NCBI GenBank assembly: GCA_963720465.1
Contig: OY970393.1
Location: 1,344,001 to 1,408,000, forward strand
Direction of reading: 5' to 3'
From: Methanobacteriota archaeon
Lineage (GTDB): Archaea; Halobacteriota; Bog-38; Methanoflorentales; Methanoflorentaceae
DNA length: 64,000 nt
The notes beneath the pieces are model-generated. The model saw nothing but the letters and a program-made list of their open reading frames with translations. It ran no database searches and was not told the origin of the DNA. A program made the position numbers and the translations under genes. This document shows positions 19,524-29,589 of the stretch, piece after piece; the stretch's first letter is position 1, and the number at the start of each line of letters is the position of its first letter.

Positions 19524-19751
19524 ATACGTCATCCGAAGCGCCCCCCAATTGCACAACGCGGTTGCGCAGCGCTAGGAAGCAGAAGACAACGATCCGCGCC
19601 AACGCTGATAACGCAACCACAGTAAGGAGATTTCGAGGCGCGATAAAGCGTTTGAGCAGGAGCATTCGCCTGCAAAAGTGTATTAACATTTTTCCTTGCG
19701 AAGTTATTTGAGCTTTGGAATGAATAATAGACGAATAACAGAGGCAAGGCT

Positions 19752-20108
19752 ATGCCACGGCATCTTGACGACTTGCGATGTAAGCAAGACCAGTTTATCC
19801 ACACGCTGTATTCAGTAACGGAGGGCGACACCCGCACCTGCGGAGACGTTCGCACGATCAGACGCAAACTGGGCTTTGATCGCCACACGTGCGCATCTAT
19901 AGTCAGCTATTTTCTAAGCAAGGGAATTATCGAGCAGCGCCACGAGTCGCTTTCCCACCTCGTGAAGTTGACCTCAAGGGGCATCGACTTTGTAGAGGTA
20001 ACGTTTTCTGCCGTTACCCACGTGTTTGAAACGACGTTGAACGATTGCGCCGATGGTGCTGCGTGCGTGTTCGAAGGTTCAATTCGCCCGCGCCGAAAGA
20101 GCCACTGA
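19752..20108 (+). CDS. Small winged-helix protein
   Basis: KLGFD...IVSYFLSKGII...VKLTSRGIDFVE; has a paralog at 28818. Confidence 0.65.
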   Translation: MPRHLDDLRCKQDQFIHTLYSVTEGDTRTCGDVRTIRRKLGFDRHTCASIVSYFLSKGIIEQRHESLSHLVKLTSRGIDFVEVTFSAVTHVFETTLNDCADGAACVFEGSIRPRRKSH

Positions 20109-20351
20109 GAAAAACTGCACGAAGCGGTTTGGATGGAAGCGACTGCTTGAACGCAGAAGCACCAGCATAGTTAGGCTTCAAGCGTTAGCAAGTGTCGTTA
20201 GCTGCGAAGCTGCAGCAGGCAGTACAAGTTACTCTCAGCGACTCTTACCCATATTCCGCCTGACGGCGAACGTGGCATTCACTGCGGCGCGACGTGACGC
20301 ACACATAATGCCACCTGAGCGCACACAAATGACGGGTGGAGGGACAAACAT

Positions 20352-20861
20352 ATGGATGCATTAGAAGCTATTCTTACGCGAAGAAGTGTACGACGATACA
20401 CGAACGAGCAAATTGATGATGAGACGACGCAAAAGCTCCTTGCGGCGGCAATGAGTGCGCCTTCAGCGGCGAACGAACAGCCCTGGGAGTTCATTATCAT
20501 CAGAGACCGGGCAATGCTCGACGCTATTCCGACGTTTAGCCCGTTTGCGAGCATGGTGAAGCACGCGCCCCTTGGCATACTCGTCTGCGCTGACACGAGG
20601 AACGTCATCGCTCGGGGATTCTGGGTAGAAGACTGTTCAGCGGCGACGCAGAACCTGCTCCTTGCTGCTCACGCGCTTGGACTGGGAGCCGTATGGACCG
20701 GCGTCTATCCGATGGATGGGCACGTGGCAGGATTTATCAAGCACTGCCATCTCCCCGAAGGCGTGGTTCCGCTGGCATTTGTTGTGGTCGGCCATCCGGC
20801 CGAAGCGCCGCCCGCTCAAAACCGGTTCAGCGAGGACAGGATCCACTCAAACGTGTGGTGA
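20352..20861 (+). CDS. Nitroreductase family protein
   Basis: RRSVRRY, APSAANEQPWEF and QNLLLAAHALGLGAVW. Confidence 0.93.
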   Translation: MDALEAILTRRSVRRYTNEQIDDETTQKLLAAAMSAPSAANEQPWEFIIIRDRAMLDAIPTFSPFASMVKHAPLGILVCADTRNVIARGFWVEDCSAATQNLLLAAHALGLGAVWTGVYPMDGHVAGFIKHCHLPEGVVPLAFVVVGHPAEAPPAQNRFSEDRIHSNVW

Positions 20862-21086
20862 CGTCGGTCGGCCTGAGCACACTGCTCCAAGAGGAGAGCC
20901 GGTGCTGCCACCCGGATTGTAAACCGCGCGTTTGCTAGCATTGTTCGTGCGTCAGCCTTGTCCTGAAAGCCGACGGGCGGCGCCGCACTTTCGTAGTGAA
21001 ATGCTTAAGTACAATTATATCTGAATATATATCTAAAGACATCTAGTTACCACAGCCCCTTTGCAAACTGTTCTCAACGGAGCACT

Positions 21087-21587
21087 ATGGACGAATATTT
21101 AATCAAATTGCTTGAAAACGCTGAAACGCTGTCCGATATCTTCGAGGTGGTCAAGGCGACCGTCGAGAAGTCAACGGGCATGAGCAGAGGCGGCATAATG
21201 CTCGGCTTGGCCAACCTCGGCAACCAGCCAAACGGCTTCTTCGGCGCCTTCTACCCAGTCGGCTCGAACATCATCGTCATGAACCAGGTGCCCCTTCAGC
21301 GGATCAAGGAAACCGATCCGACGCTGTGGAAGCCCTACGTGTTTCACGTGCAGCTCCACGAGTACATGCACTCGTTGGGCTACCTGAGCGAGCGCGTTGT
21401 CAGGCAGCGCGTTTATGCGATTACGAAAAACGCCTTCGGTGACGAGCACCCCGCGACCCTTCTCGCGGCAAATACTGAACGTTTCATCCCACACCTGGCG
21501 TACCCGAACGTCTCGTGGCAACCGAAAGATCTCAAAATCAAGCTCGTAGAAGATTTTGATCGATCGAGCGCCAGTTACTTCGGGTAG
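21087..21587 (+). CDS. Small zincin-like (HExxH) hypothetical protein
   Basis: LHEYMHSLGY; AT-rich promoter-like region upstream. Confidence 0.7.
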   Translation: MDEYLIKLLENAETLSDIFEVVKATVEKSTGMSRGGIMLGLANLGNQPNGFFGAFYPVGSNIIVMNQVPLQRIKETDPTLWKPYVFHVQLHEYMHSLGYLSERVVRQRVYAITKNAFGDEHPATLLAANTERFIPHLAYPNVSWQPKDLKIKLVEDFDRSSASYFG

Positions 21588-21774
21588 TGAGTTCCGGCTG
21601 GGCCCCCTAAGCGCTTGTCACAGCGTAACGCTGAGTTTTTTTAGCTGAATCAAGCGAGAAGCCTCGAGCGCCTTACCTTACCCTATGTGCGTCTTGAGAA
21701 CCTGCGATATAGACGCGATCAGCCACTCGGCGCGCATCTTAACCTATATCGTTCTGAGCGAACAAGTAGCAGGT

Positions 21775-22209
21775 ATGAAAGACAATGAGACAAAGGTGCG
21801 TTTTATGGAGCTGCGGGCTCAAGGGCTCCCGCTGGCAAAAATAGCGGATGAAATTAAGGTCAGTAAACCCACCTTGATCAATTGGGACAAACAGTTCAAA
21901 GAGGAGATCGACAACCTCAGAGCGATAGAGCTTGAGGCGATGTACGACAAGTACGACCTCTCGACCCGTAAGAAGGTCGAGTTCTTTGGTGACGTTCTCA
22001 GTCGGATTCAGCGCGAACTCGAAACGCGGGACTTGTCTTCGATCTCAACAGAAAAGCTGTTTGCGATGTACGCGCACTTCTATCGAGAGGCGGAGCACGC
22101 GTTGCCTGCCATTACGTTTAGAGACGATGCTGAGGTCGAGATAGACAAAGGCCAGCGCAAATCGGTTGGTGATGCATTGGCCCAGAGTCAGAAACAAATC
22201 TCCGGATAA
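21775..22209 (+). CDS. HTH protein of mobile-element/phage type
   Basis: ELRAQGLPLAKIADEIKVSKPTLINW HTH followed by a helical domain. Confidence 0.7.
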   Translation: MKDNETKVRFMELRAQGLPLAKIADEIKVSKPTLINWDKQFKEEIDNLRAIELEAMYDKYDLSTRKKVEFFGDVLSRIQRELETRDLSSISTEKLFAMYAHFYREAEHALPAITFRDDAEVEIDKGQRKSVGDALAQSQKQISG

Positions 22210-22667
22210 GAGCGCTAGACAAAAGTTGACCGAAAGTTGACCAAAACTTTACCGTATTTTTAGTAGAGCGTTTAGCAGCTGCGCTTTTATGCCACGCGTA
22301 TTAGCAGGAGGCTACCACTTAGCATTTACAGATCGAGCTAACAAGAGGGTAAAGAACCGGAAGCGCTACGCTCTAAATTTATTCAACTAATTTTATAATA
22401 TTTTATAGATAATATTAGGTATAACTCTCTATAAAAGAATTAAACAGAGCCCGATTTGGCGTTTTCCCGGTAGTCGACTTTAAGTCATCCTCTTGGTTGA
22501 ATCATGAGTGGTTAATCACGAGTGGTGTTACCATGGAACAGAATCTGACATCGAAGTCGGTTACGATCGACGAACTTGTTGCCCCCTCGCGCCGGCCCAC
22601 GGTGCTCCTCGGCCTCGAAGAAAAGCGTGTAGAACGAGTAGACAGAACGAGGAGGGACGGCACGTAA

Positions 22668-22969
22668 ATGCCCTACAGCGACGCTGCGCGACGTCGTGCA
22701 TACGACGCGGCATACAAGCGGCGGCGACGGAACGAGGGATGGACGAAAAAAAGGATGGACACACGTCTAACCCCCGCTGAAATTGAAACGGCGCACGACC
22801 TGCGCGGTCTGTTGAAAGTAGTAGCAGAGGTACAGAACGCCGATGACTCTCGCTGCAGCTTGAGGCCAAGCTGAGGATCAAACTACGGGCCGTGGAGATC
22901 GGCCTCAGGGTGATCGAGGTTACTAATCACGAGCAGCGAATCGCCGCGCTCGAGGAGCAGTTGCAATGA
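22668..22969 (+). pseudogene. Frameshifted virus/plasmid-like small protein
   Basis: MPYSDAARRRAYD... changes frame near 22850 into LEAKLRIKLRAVEIGLRVIEVTNHEQRIAALEEQLQ*, with an ATGA overlap to a next short ORF (22966-23124). Confidence 0.55.
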
Positions 22970-23444
22970 ACCGACACGGACCGAGAATTTACAAACTCGA
23001 AAAGCTTCATAATCAAACCGCCGATTGTGGCTCAGGTTATCACGATAAAAACAACGTAGCGCCTGCCCCCAGCCCTATCCACCTTGAACGACCGCGTGAC
23101 CTGCACACGATCGCCAGCACCTGACTGGCAAAATCGCAGACACTATCCGCGGTGCATATTGCAAAGCTCTCGATATTATCAAAGAGCTTCACGAGTAGCC
23201 GCGGCGTGAGAGTGCCATTCACGGCAGAGCAGGATATCGCATAAGAGTCTTCGCGGCCGCTTTGTGAATAGCCTCTAGGTAAAAAATCTCTTGCTGAGAA
23301 CACTGAAACGGGGTAGTATGAGACGTTACTATCTTATTCGTGGTTCTTGCGATGGACGGGGCTCTACATGGGCCCAGCGTTGGCGCTGCTCGCAAGCATC
23401 ATGTCGGCATATCGCAGCGTTCTTCCGACAACAACGGTTTAAGC

Positions 23445-23966
23445 ATGGACGCGGCAGCCATACGAGCCATAGTCAATCCTCATAAGAAATGGCGGCTGGG
23501 TCAGCGAGGCGGGAGCAGGGCGGACTTGCGAAACGCCGAATTGCGCGAGGCCGAGTTGAGCTGGGTCGATCTTAGCGGCGCCGACCTTCGCAACGCAGAT
23601 CTTACCGCCGCCAATTTGAGCTTCAGTACCTTGTGCGATGCCAACCTGAGCGGCGCGTCTATGGAGCGGGCGACGCTATACGGGGCTAACCTGACGGGCG
23701 CCGAGCTCTCTCGAGTGACGCTCCCGCGTGCAACCGTAGAGAGGGCGCAGCTCAACCACGCGAACTTGGCGTACGCAAATCTTAGTAGCTCGAATCTCAA
23801 GGGTGCTATTCTCGTCGATGCTGATTTGCGAGGCGCCGACTTGCGCTTCTCGGTGGTCAGCGGAGCGGATCTCACCAACGCGGACCTTAGAGGGGCAAAC
23901 TTGGCACACGCCGACTTGACGTACGCCGTTCTCTCGGGGGTCAAGCTCGAAGGTGCGGCATTTTAA
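23445..23966 (+). CDS. Pentapeptide repeat protein
   Basis: Continuous A(D/N)LxG repeats after an HKKW...GGSRADL N-terminus. Confidence 0.92.
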   Translation: MDAAAIRAIVNPHKKWRLGQRGGSRADLRNAELREAELSWVDLSGADLRNADLTAANLSFSTLCDANLSGASMERATLYGANLTGAELSRVTLPRATVERAQLNHANLAYANLSSSNLKGAILVDADLRGADLRFSVVSGADLTNADLRGANLAHADLTYAVLSGVKLEGAAF

Positions 23967-24064
23967 TAGAGCCGTGCGAAATCAGCTAGAGATTGGTTCA
24001 GTTGTCGTTGCGAGTGAGACGCGCGTCATCGATCCGAAGATGATTTATCCGAGAGCCTAAACAC

Positions 24065-25282
24065 ATGGAGCGTCTCCGACTGTATAACACACCTCGTATG
24101 CGCACAGAACTATCGTCCGCTTACCGTACTGTCGAGAATAGGGCTCAAGCACTCATAACGCGCGCCATCCAGTACTACACGAAAGATACGCCGCTCAACA
24201 CCTTAGTTGTGTACGCCGCTATCAAAATTATCGTTCTTTTAGGCGCGATACTGGTAAGCTTTCGGTATCAGCCTTCGGCGTTGTTTCAAAATCCCGTGTT
24301 CCTAGCAAAGTGGGACGGTGGTTGGTATCAAGGCATCGCGTACCAAGGGTATGCCGTTGGCTATCCAAATTCAGCGGCGTTCCCGCCCATGTACCCCCTT
24401 TTGATCAAAATCTTCAGCTTAAACCAACCAACGCTCATGCCCTGGGTAGAGGTGCTCATTTCGAACGCATTTTCGTTTATCGGCCTCTACTTCCTCTACA
24501 AGCTGGTCCCATTCGTCGTCAACGAGAAGTACCGGCTGAGGGTGTGCTTTGCCTACATGGTGTTCCCGGTGCTCCTGGTATGCAATCTCGTGTCATATTC
24601 ATAGCCCATCTTTCTCGCTTTTACGATCGGAGCGTATTACTACTGGAAGCGAGAGAAGTTTGGATACGCGGCGCCGCTCGCGATATTTTCCATTTTTACG
24701 CGCCAATTCGGCGCGTTTATCCTCGTCATTTTCGTTGTTGACATGCTCTACGGGTACGTTTCGCATCGCGAGCGATCGCGAGTCATCCGGGAACTTGCCG
24801 TCATCGCGGTCACCTGCGCGGGCGTCGCGATGCTCTACCTTTTCTACCTCTACCGCTTCGGCAACCCGTTCATCGTCTCGAGCGTTGAAGCCACAAACTG
24901 GAAAGCGATGCTCTCCGTTGCCAATTTTTTTAACAACGTGCGCGCGTATGGCTTCGAAGGGCCCACCTTGGTGCCGTTTAACTATGCCGTTGTGCCTATT
25001 TTCTTGATCGACACTCTCCTAGTGGTAGCGACCATCCTGGCTCTACTCAAGCGGGATCTGGCGCTCTCCGTATATTCATTCGTCTCATTGGCCACCTGCG
25101 TATCGCTGAGCTCCTGGCCCTACTCCTTTGTGCGCCTCATCGCAGCGATATTTCCGTTATACCTTTTTCTCGGCCTCATGCTCTCAGACAACTGGCACAA
25201 GAATATCGTGATCGGCGTAATTGCCATCGTTATTGCGATCCAGAACATGTTTATTTGGATCAGTGGCGCCTGGCTCTACTGA
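24065..25282 (+). pseudogene. PIG-V/mannosyltransferase-like GT-C gene interrupted by an in-frame TAG at 24602-24604
   Basis: KWDGGWYQGIAYQGY and AFPPMYP motifs. The two track ORFs are in the same frame and join as VSYS*PIFLAF. Confidence 0.75.
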
Positions 25283-25451
25283 GGAACACTAACGGGTGCG
25301 TGCACAAGAGATACTTTGCTACGTTCTCCGAGGGCGCAGTGAGTCGCTCGTCCTATCGAGCAGGGTGTGGGTTTCCTCGTCCGCGATTTGCGATCCAGCG
25401 CAAAGGTGCTATCGGACACAAACACAATATGGGTGTGTCAACGCGGGGTGA

Positions 25452-25850
25452 GTGCAGACGGCTACTGACATAGAAGATTGGGCAACAGGCGCGCGCCTGT
25501 CGCCGCTGGCCCACCTTCTGGTCATCGCAGTAAGCGCAACAATCATCCTCGCTGGCCTAAAGGCGGCAGCCGAAATTGCAGGTTCGTGTGCTTCAAGCGA
25601 GCGGCTTATCCTGCGGGCCGTCAGCAGTGCAATTCTACAATTAGTCATCCTAATGACGCTATTCGTCTTTTTCTTGATCGCGGGGCAGGCTTCTTGAGCC
25701 GCTAGGAACGCTTATTGCAGTGCCCATCACGTCGTGATTCGAGTCTTGCTGAGCAATTTTACGGAGGCGCGCTGGCTTGTAGATATTCTTGGGGGTGACG
25801 CCACCACCATCGAGTCCGATGATTCACCGCATGTCGTGTCAAAGCAGTAG
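25452..25850 (+). pseudogene. Remnant of an AI-2E family transporter
   Basis: N-terminal LSPLAHLLVIAVSATIILAGLKAAAEI and C-terminal AVPIT...EARWLVDILG fragments; middle deleted. Confidence 0.45.
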
Positions 25851-25928
25851 ATGCGTTCGCTTTTGCCTGTCTCGGATAGAGAAGCCCAACCGTTGGCCTA
25901 CCTAGAAGATCTGCGACACACAATGAAC

Positions 25929-26147
25929 TCACTCAGAGACGAGCAGCGTGCTTGTGGCGTATAGTATCCCCGCTGCGATCGCAAATACCCCGACATAGGC
26001 AGCAAACGCTTGGCTTAGGGTGGCCGCGCTCAATATATTATTGGCTACGTAGATGGGAACTAGACCAGAAATTGTGGCTATCGCGGCTACAGCAAGCCCT
26101 TTACGCCCCTGTCTAACGCGGGCGCGTATATCCCTCGCTTGCGACAT
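25929..26147 (-). CDS. Small two-TM hypothetical protein
   Basis: 72-aa ORF with two hydrophobic helices. Confidence 0.5.
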   Translation of the reverse strand: MSQARDIRARVRQGRKGLAVAAIATISGLVPIYVANNILSAATLSQAFAAYVGVFAIAAGILYATSTLLVSE

Positions 26148-26466
26148 GGTGTATCGGTCTCCTAACCCCCGCAGAGTGTACGGCGACGAACGCTTAACCT
26201 CACCACTTTGGCTGTGCCCGGAGACTCCCGGCGGGTCACAACAGAAACCGGTAAAAAGAGCATGAATTTGGAAACAGAATTATTTGCTAAGATCCTCACG
26301 CCGTGAGTAAGAACACTTTCCAAGTAACTCCCGTTGCCAACCCAGAAGGCCCCATAACGACTATCTTTCGGGAGGTCGCACCAGTGGCTCTGAGAGCAGT
26401 CAGTCGCTTTGACAGCAAGAACTACGCTTCATCACGCCCTTTCGGAACCCAGGGACCAACAGTAAA

Positions 26467-26519
26467 ACGTGTATCAAGACGATTACAGCCAATACAAGGA
26501 CGTGTATCAAGACGATTAC
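26467..26519 (+). repeat. Perfect 20-bp direct repeat, two copies, 33-bp period
   Basis: ACGTGTATCAAGACGATTAC at 26467 and 26500. Confidence 0.9.
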
Positions 26520-26879
26520 GAAATCGAATATCAGTAGCAATTGTATGAGCGGTAGTTTGCCAACCATGCTTCACCTCGAGCACGACGGTGCATCGCTTAG
26601 CAAGACGCCGCACCAAGAGATAAACGTTTTCCCGCCTTGGCTTCGAGTACCTGCCATTCAGCTTGAACGACTCGGAAAGACGAGAACAACGTGAGGAGGT
26701 CCTTCGAGCGCGAGATGGAGAGGAGGACTCATTGGCTAGCCAAGAGTGACGTGTGCTCAAGCGCGTTCCGGCCGTAGATAAGCCGGGTCTTTTAGGCAAA
26801 TGCTAGGATTTCCCGTTCTTTTCTGCGCGAAAACCTAAAGAGGGCGTCGATTTGTGCGAAGAGGCAGCAGTCGAGAGAG

Positions 26880-28196
26880 CTAGGATCTCGAATATCGCTG
26901 AGCGGCACCGACAAACCCGTCAAATCCGTGCCGCAGGGAATAAACGTGTATGTGCTGGTACGAAGCAAGAACGTTGTATTCGACAAAACCATCGCATCCG
27001 TGAATACCAGTCCCGCGGATCATTTTGTAAGCAAATCGGGCATCGCGGTCTGGCTCGGCTACGGAATAATGGTATTCGTGGCCGCGCAGTCGTTCCCAGC
27101 AGCCTGCAATAGCGCAGTCTTGCACAATCTCAACCTCTGAGTGCCCGAGCGCTTGTAAATTATCGGTCATCCGGACTTCAGCGGGAATGACGCCGGCGAG
27201 CTTGTGCAGAGCTCCGTCGTTCACCGCAAGTGAGCGGGACAAATATACAAGTCCGCCACCCTCTGCAACAATGGGCATGCCTTCTGCAGCTTTTACGTTT
27301 ATATCATTCAGAAGCGCCGCGTTTGCGCTGAGCTGGTGAATGTGCGCCTCGGGAAATCCCCCACCTATGTAAAGGCCGTCAACTGGCGGGAGTCGCTCAT
27401 TCAGAGGCGAGAAGTATTCAAGCTTCGCAGAATGTTCTAGCGCCTCAAGATTTGAGCGGTAGTAGAAGCAGAACGCAGCATCCAACGCAACGCCGATCGT
27501 CACGCGTGCCCGGTTGAAGGAAGCTGACACGGGGGCGGGAAGGATAAGCTCTGCTCCGGCGCCCATAATAGATGCAACGTCAAGATCGTCGCAGATCGCA
27601 GCGAGACTAGCATCTGTAACTGCCGGCTCTCGTTCACGAGGCTGGCGTGGCTGACGGCTGCGCTCCCAGACGTCCCTCCGAAGGACACCCACAAGCGGAA
27701 TCCCGATTCTCTCCAGAGCCTTTCGTATGTCTCCGATGTGCTTGTCGCTTCCAACGCGCGTCGCGACGACACCAACGATACGCACGTCATAAGGCGTGTG
27801 CGAAGCGTACTGCATAAATCCAAGAACCGTGGCAGCCACACTCTCTGAAGAGGCGCTCGCATCGACCGTAAGGATCACAGGAGCGCCAATGATGTCGGCA
27901 ATGCGCGCCGTGCTCGATGCGCCGGTGAACACCCCGGAGGCGCCCTCGATGATGACGAAATCCGCCTTCGCTTTCGCGAGATCGCACTTGACACCCGTTT
28001 CGCCCATCAGGAACGCGTCAAGGTTGTAGCACGGCCGTCCGGTCAGCCGTTCGTGAAGCTTGGCATCCACGAACCCCGGGCCTACCTTAAAGGATTGCAC
28101 CCTATATCCAGCGTTAGAGAGTCCTTTTAACAGGGCAAGAGTTATCGTGGTCTTTCCAACGCCGGTTCTTGTGCCGCCAATGACGATGCCTTTCAC
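26880..28196 (-). CDS. Cobyrinate / Ni-sirohydrochlorin a,c-diamide synthase family paralog (CbiA/CfbB-like) with divergent active sites
   Basis: GVGKTT, FKVGP, AFCFYY, GLYIGGGFPE and GHEYHYS motifs. Confidence 0.88.
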   Translation of the reverse strand: MKGIVIGGTRTGVGKTTITLALLKGLSNAGYRVQSFKVGPGFVDAKLHERLTGRPCYNLDAFLMGETGVKCDLAKAKADFVIIEGASGVFTGASSTARIADIIGAPVILTVDASASSESVAATVLGFMQYASHTPYDVRIVGVVATRVGSDKHIGDIRKALERIGIPLVGVLRRDVWERSRQPRQPREREPAVTDASLAAICDDLDVASIMGAGAELILPAPVSASFNRARVTIGVALDAAFCFYYRSNLEALEHSAKLEYFSPLNERLPPVDGLYIGGGFPEAHIHQLSANAALLNDINVKAAEGMPIVAEGGGLVYLSRSLAVNDGALHKLAGVIPAEVRMTDNLQALGHSEVEIVQDCAIAGCWERLRGHEYHYSVAEPDRDARFAYKMIRGTGIHGCDGFVEYNVLASYQHIHVYSLRHGFDGFVGAAQRYSRS

Positions 28197-28438
28197 GACA
28201 AATGCATGCAGGTTGTGCGTTAATAGCTTTGCTCAGGGGTTCTAAGCCACAACCCGCTCGGCATCATCCGGCCTAACGCAAAGAGTAGACGATTTCAAGT
28301 TACAAGGCCAAAACTGCAAAAAAAATAGTGCGACAGAATCTCAATTATTAACGCCCGTGTGCTCGTCAGCTAACGACAGGTCTCGAACCAGAGCGTGAAT
28401 ATGAGTGCGACTCGCTCTGCTCGTTCAACATAACCGTC

Positions 28439-28654
28439 TCAATCTGCCGCACCGTGGATGCAGAAGTAGGCGCCGCCTAGGTTGTATTCCGCATAGAGGG
28501 GGCAGCTCAAGCAGTCACACCCCTTCATTTCGGGCTTCTTTTCACTCGCGCCCATTGCGCAATACGTGCCATCGGTAAGGGCGTTTTTTTGAAAGGTCGG
28601 ACAGCCGGGACAGATGCACTTCATCATCGTTTCTTGATTAAGTGGAACTTTCAC
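28439..28654 (-). CDS. DUF2769-like small Cys-rich protein
   Basis: CICPGCPTF...YC..G.S...GCDCLSCP...YFCIHG. Confidence 0.8.
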   Translation of the reverse strand: MKVPLNQETMMKCICPGCPTFQKNALTDGTYCAMGASEKKPEMKGCDCLSCPLYAEYNLGGAYFCIHGAAD

Positions 28655-28817
28655 GGGATTCGCCTCCAGATCGTCAACGTGCGCAGACTATTAATGCCTT
28701 TCTTTGTGCGTTCAACTTGGCAGAGGGAGTATGCTCGCGATCGACGGTCAGCGGTTCGATTATCAATGGAACTAGCAAACGTGAAGTAAGAGCCTCGTGG
28801 AGTACTGAAGTAGTGAA

Positions 28818-29066
28818 TCACTGAGCACTTTCGATGCGTTCAACTCCTTCGATAGTAAGCGATGCGTACAGCGTGCCCTCATACGAAGCGATAAGCCCTT
28901 TTGCCTCCAAGTACTCGACGATCGTTTCGAGTGTCTCCCAATCAAACCCGTGCTTTTCGCCGATGTCATAAGAATCAATCAAGACCCCGAATCGACCCTG
29001 CGCAATGGTGTACATTTCGCGCAAGAACCGTTGCTTTTTCTCCTTCATCTCAGCTGCAAAGGTCAT
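28818..29066 (-). CDS. Small winged-helix protein
   Basis: KHGFD...IVEYLEAKGLI...ASLTIEGVERIE. Confidence 0.7.
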   Translation of the reverse strand: MTFAAEMKEKKQRFLREMYTIAQGRFGVLIDSYDIGEKHGFDWETLETIVEYLEAKGLIASYEGTLYASLTIEGVERIESAQ

Positions 29067-29279
29067 CGCGTAATGCTATGCAAACCTGAAGGGAAAAATG
29101 TTGCGAGAGCTGAGCGAAAATGATCGAGCGCCGCGCCCCACGCCACTATGCTCCTCTACGCGGACGTACCATAAATCTTCTGTACGCAAGACGAAAAGCG
29201 CCGGTTAAGCAGAAACAAGCAAATAAATCCCAAAAGGCGGCGTAAGCTTTTTGTAATTCCAGCGAAACTTTATCCCGAG

Positions 29280-29552
29280 ATGATAGAGAGCTGGTCTATT
29301 GATGATGCCAATCGAGCAGTCATAGCCATAGTTGTAATCCTCAAGCGTGTCGGAGCACTTCCAAAGGTGCTCAAAGACGCGTATCAGCATGAGATCGAAA
29401 ATGGTGACGTCTCAGTAACGCGACGTTTCTACGAACAACTGGCGATCAACTGTCCAGCTGCGCTTGACTACTTTACAGAAAGCGAAGCTGACGTGCGCGA
29501 AAGCGAAAATGATCGCGTTAACGGCGCCCTTCGACCGATCCCGATCGACTGA
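29280..29552 (+). CDS. Hypothetical protein
   Basis: 90-aa ORF with protein-like composition; no motif recognised. Confidence 0.4.
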   Translation: MIESWSIDDANRAVIAIVVILKRVGALPKVLKDAYQHEIENGDVSVTRRFYEQLAINCPAALDYFTESEADVRESENDRVNGALRPIPID

Positions 29553-29589
29553 TATCCACGCGCTCCGCATAGGCGGGTGCGCCTCCATC

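Noticed and set aside
24602-24604. Genome-wide TAG recoding to pyrrolysine
   Set aside because: TAG ends conserved genes at their expected C-termini (ahcY, hisA, hisB, metK), so it is a normal stop here
26467-26519. Mini CRISPR array
   Set aside because: Only two 20-bp units with a 13-bp spacer, too short for CRISPR
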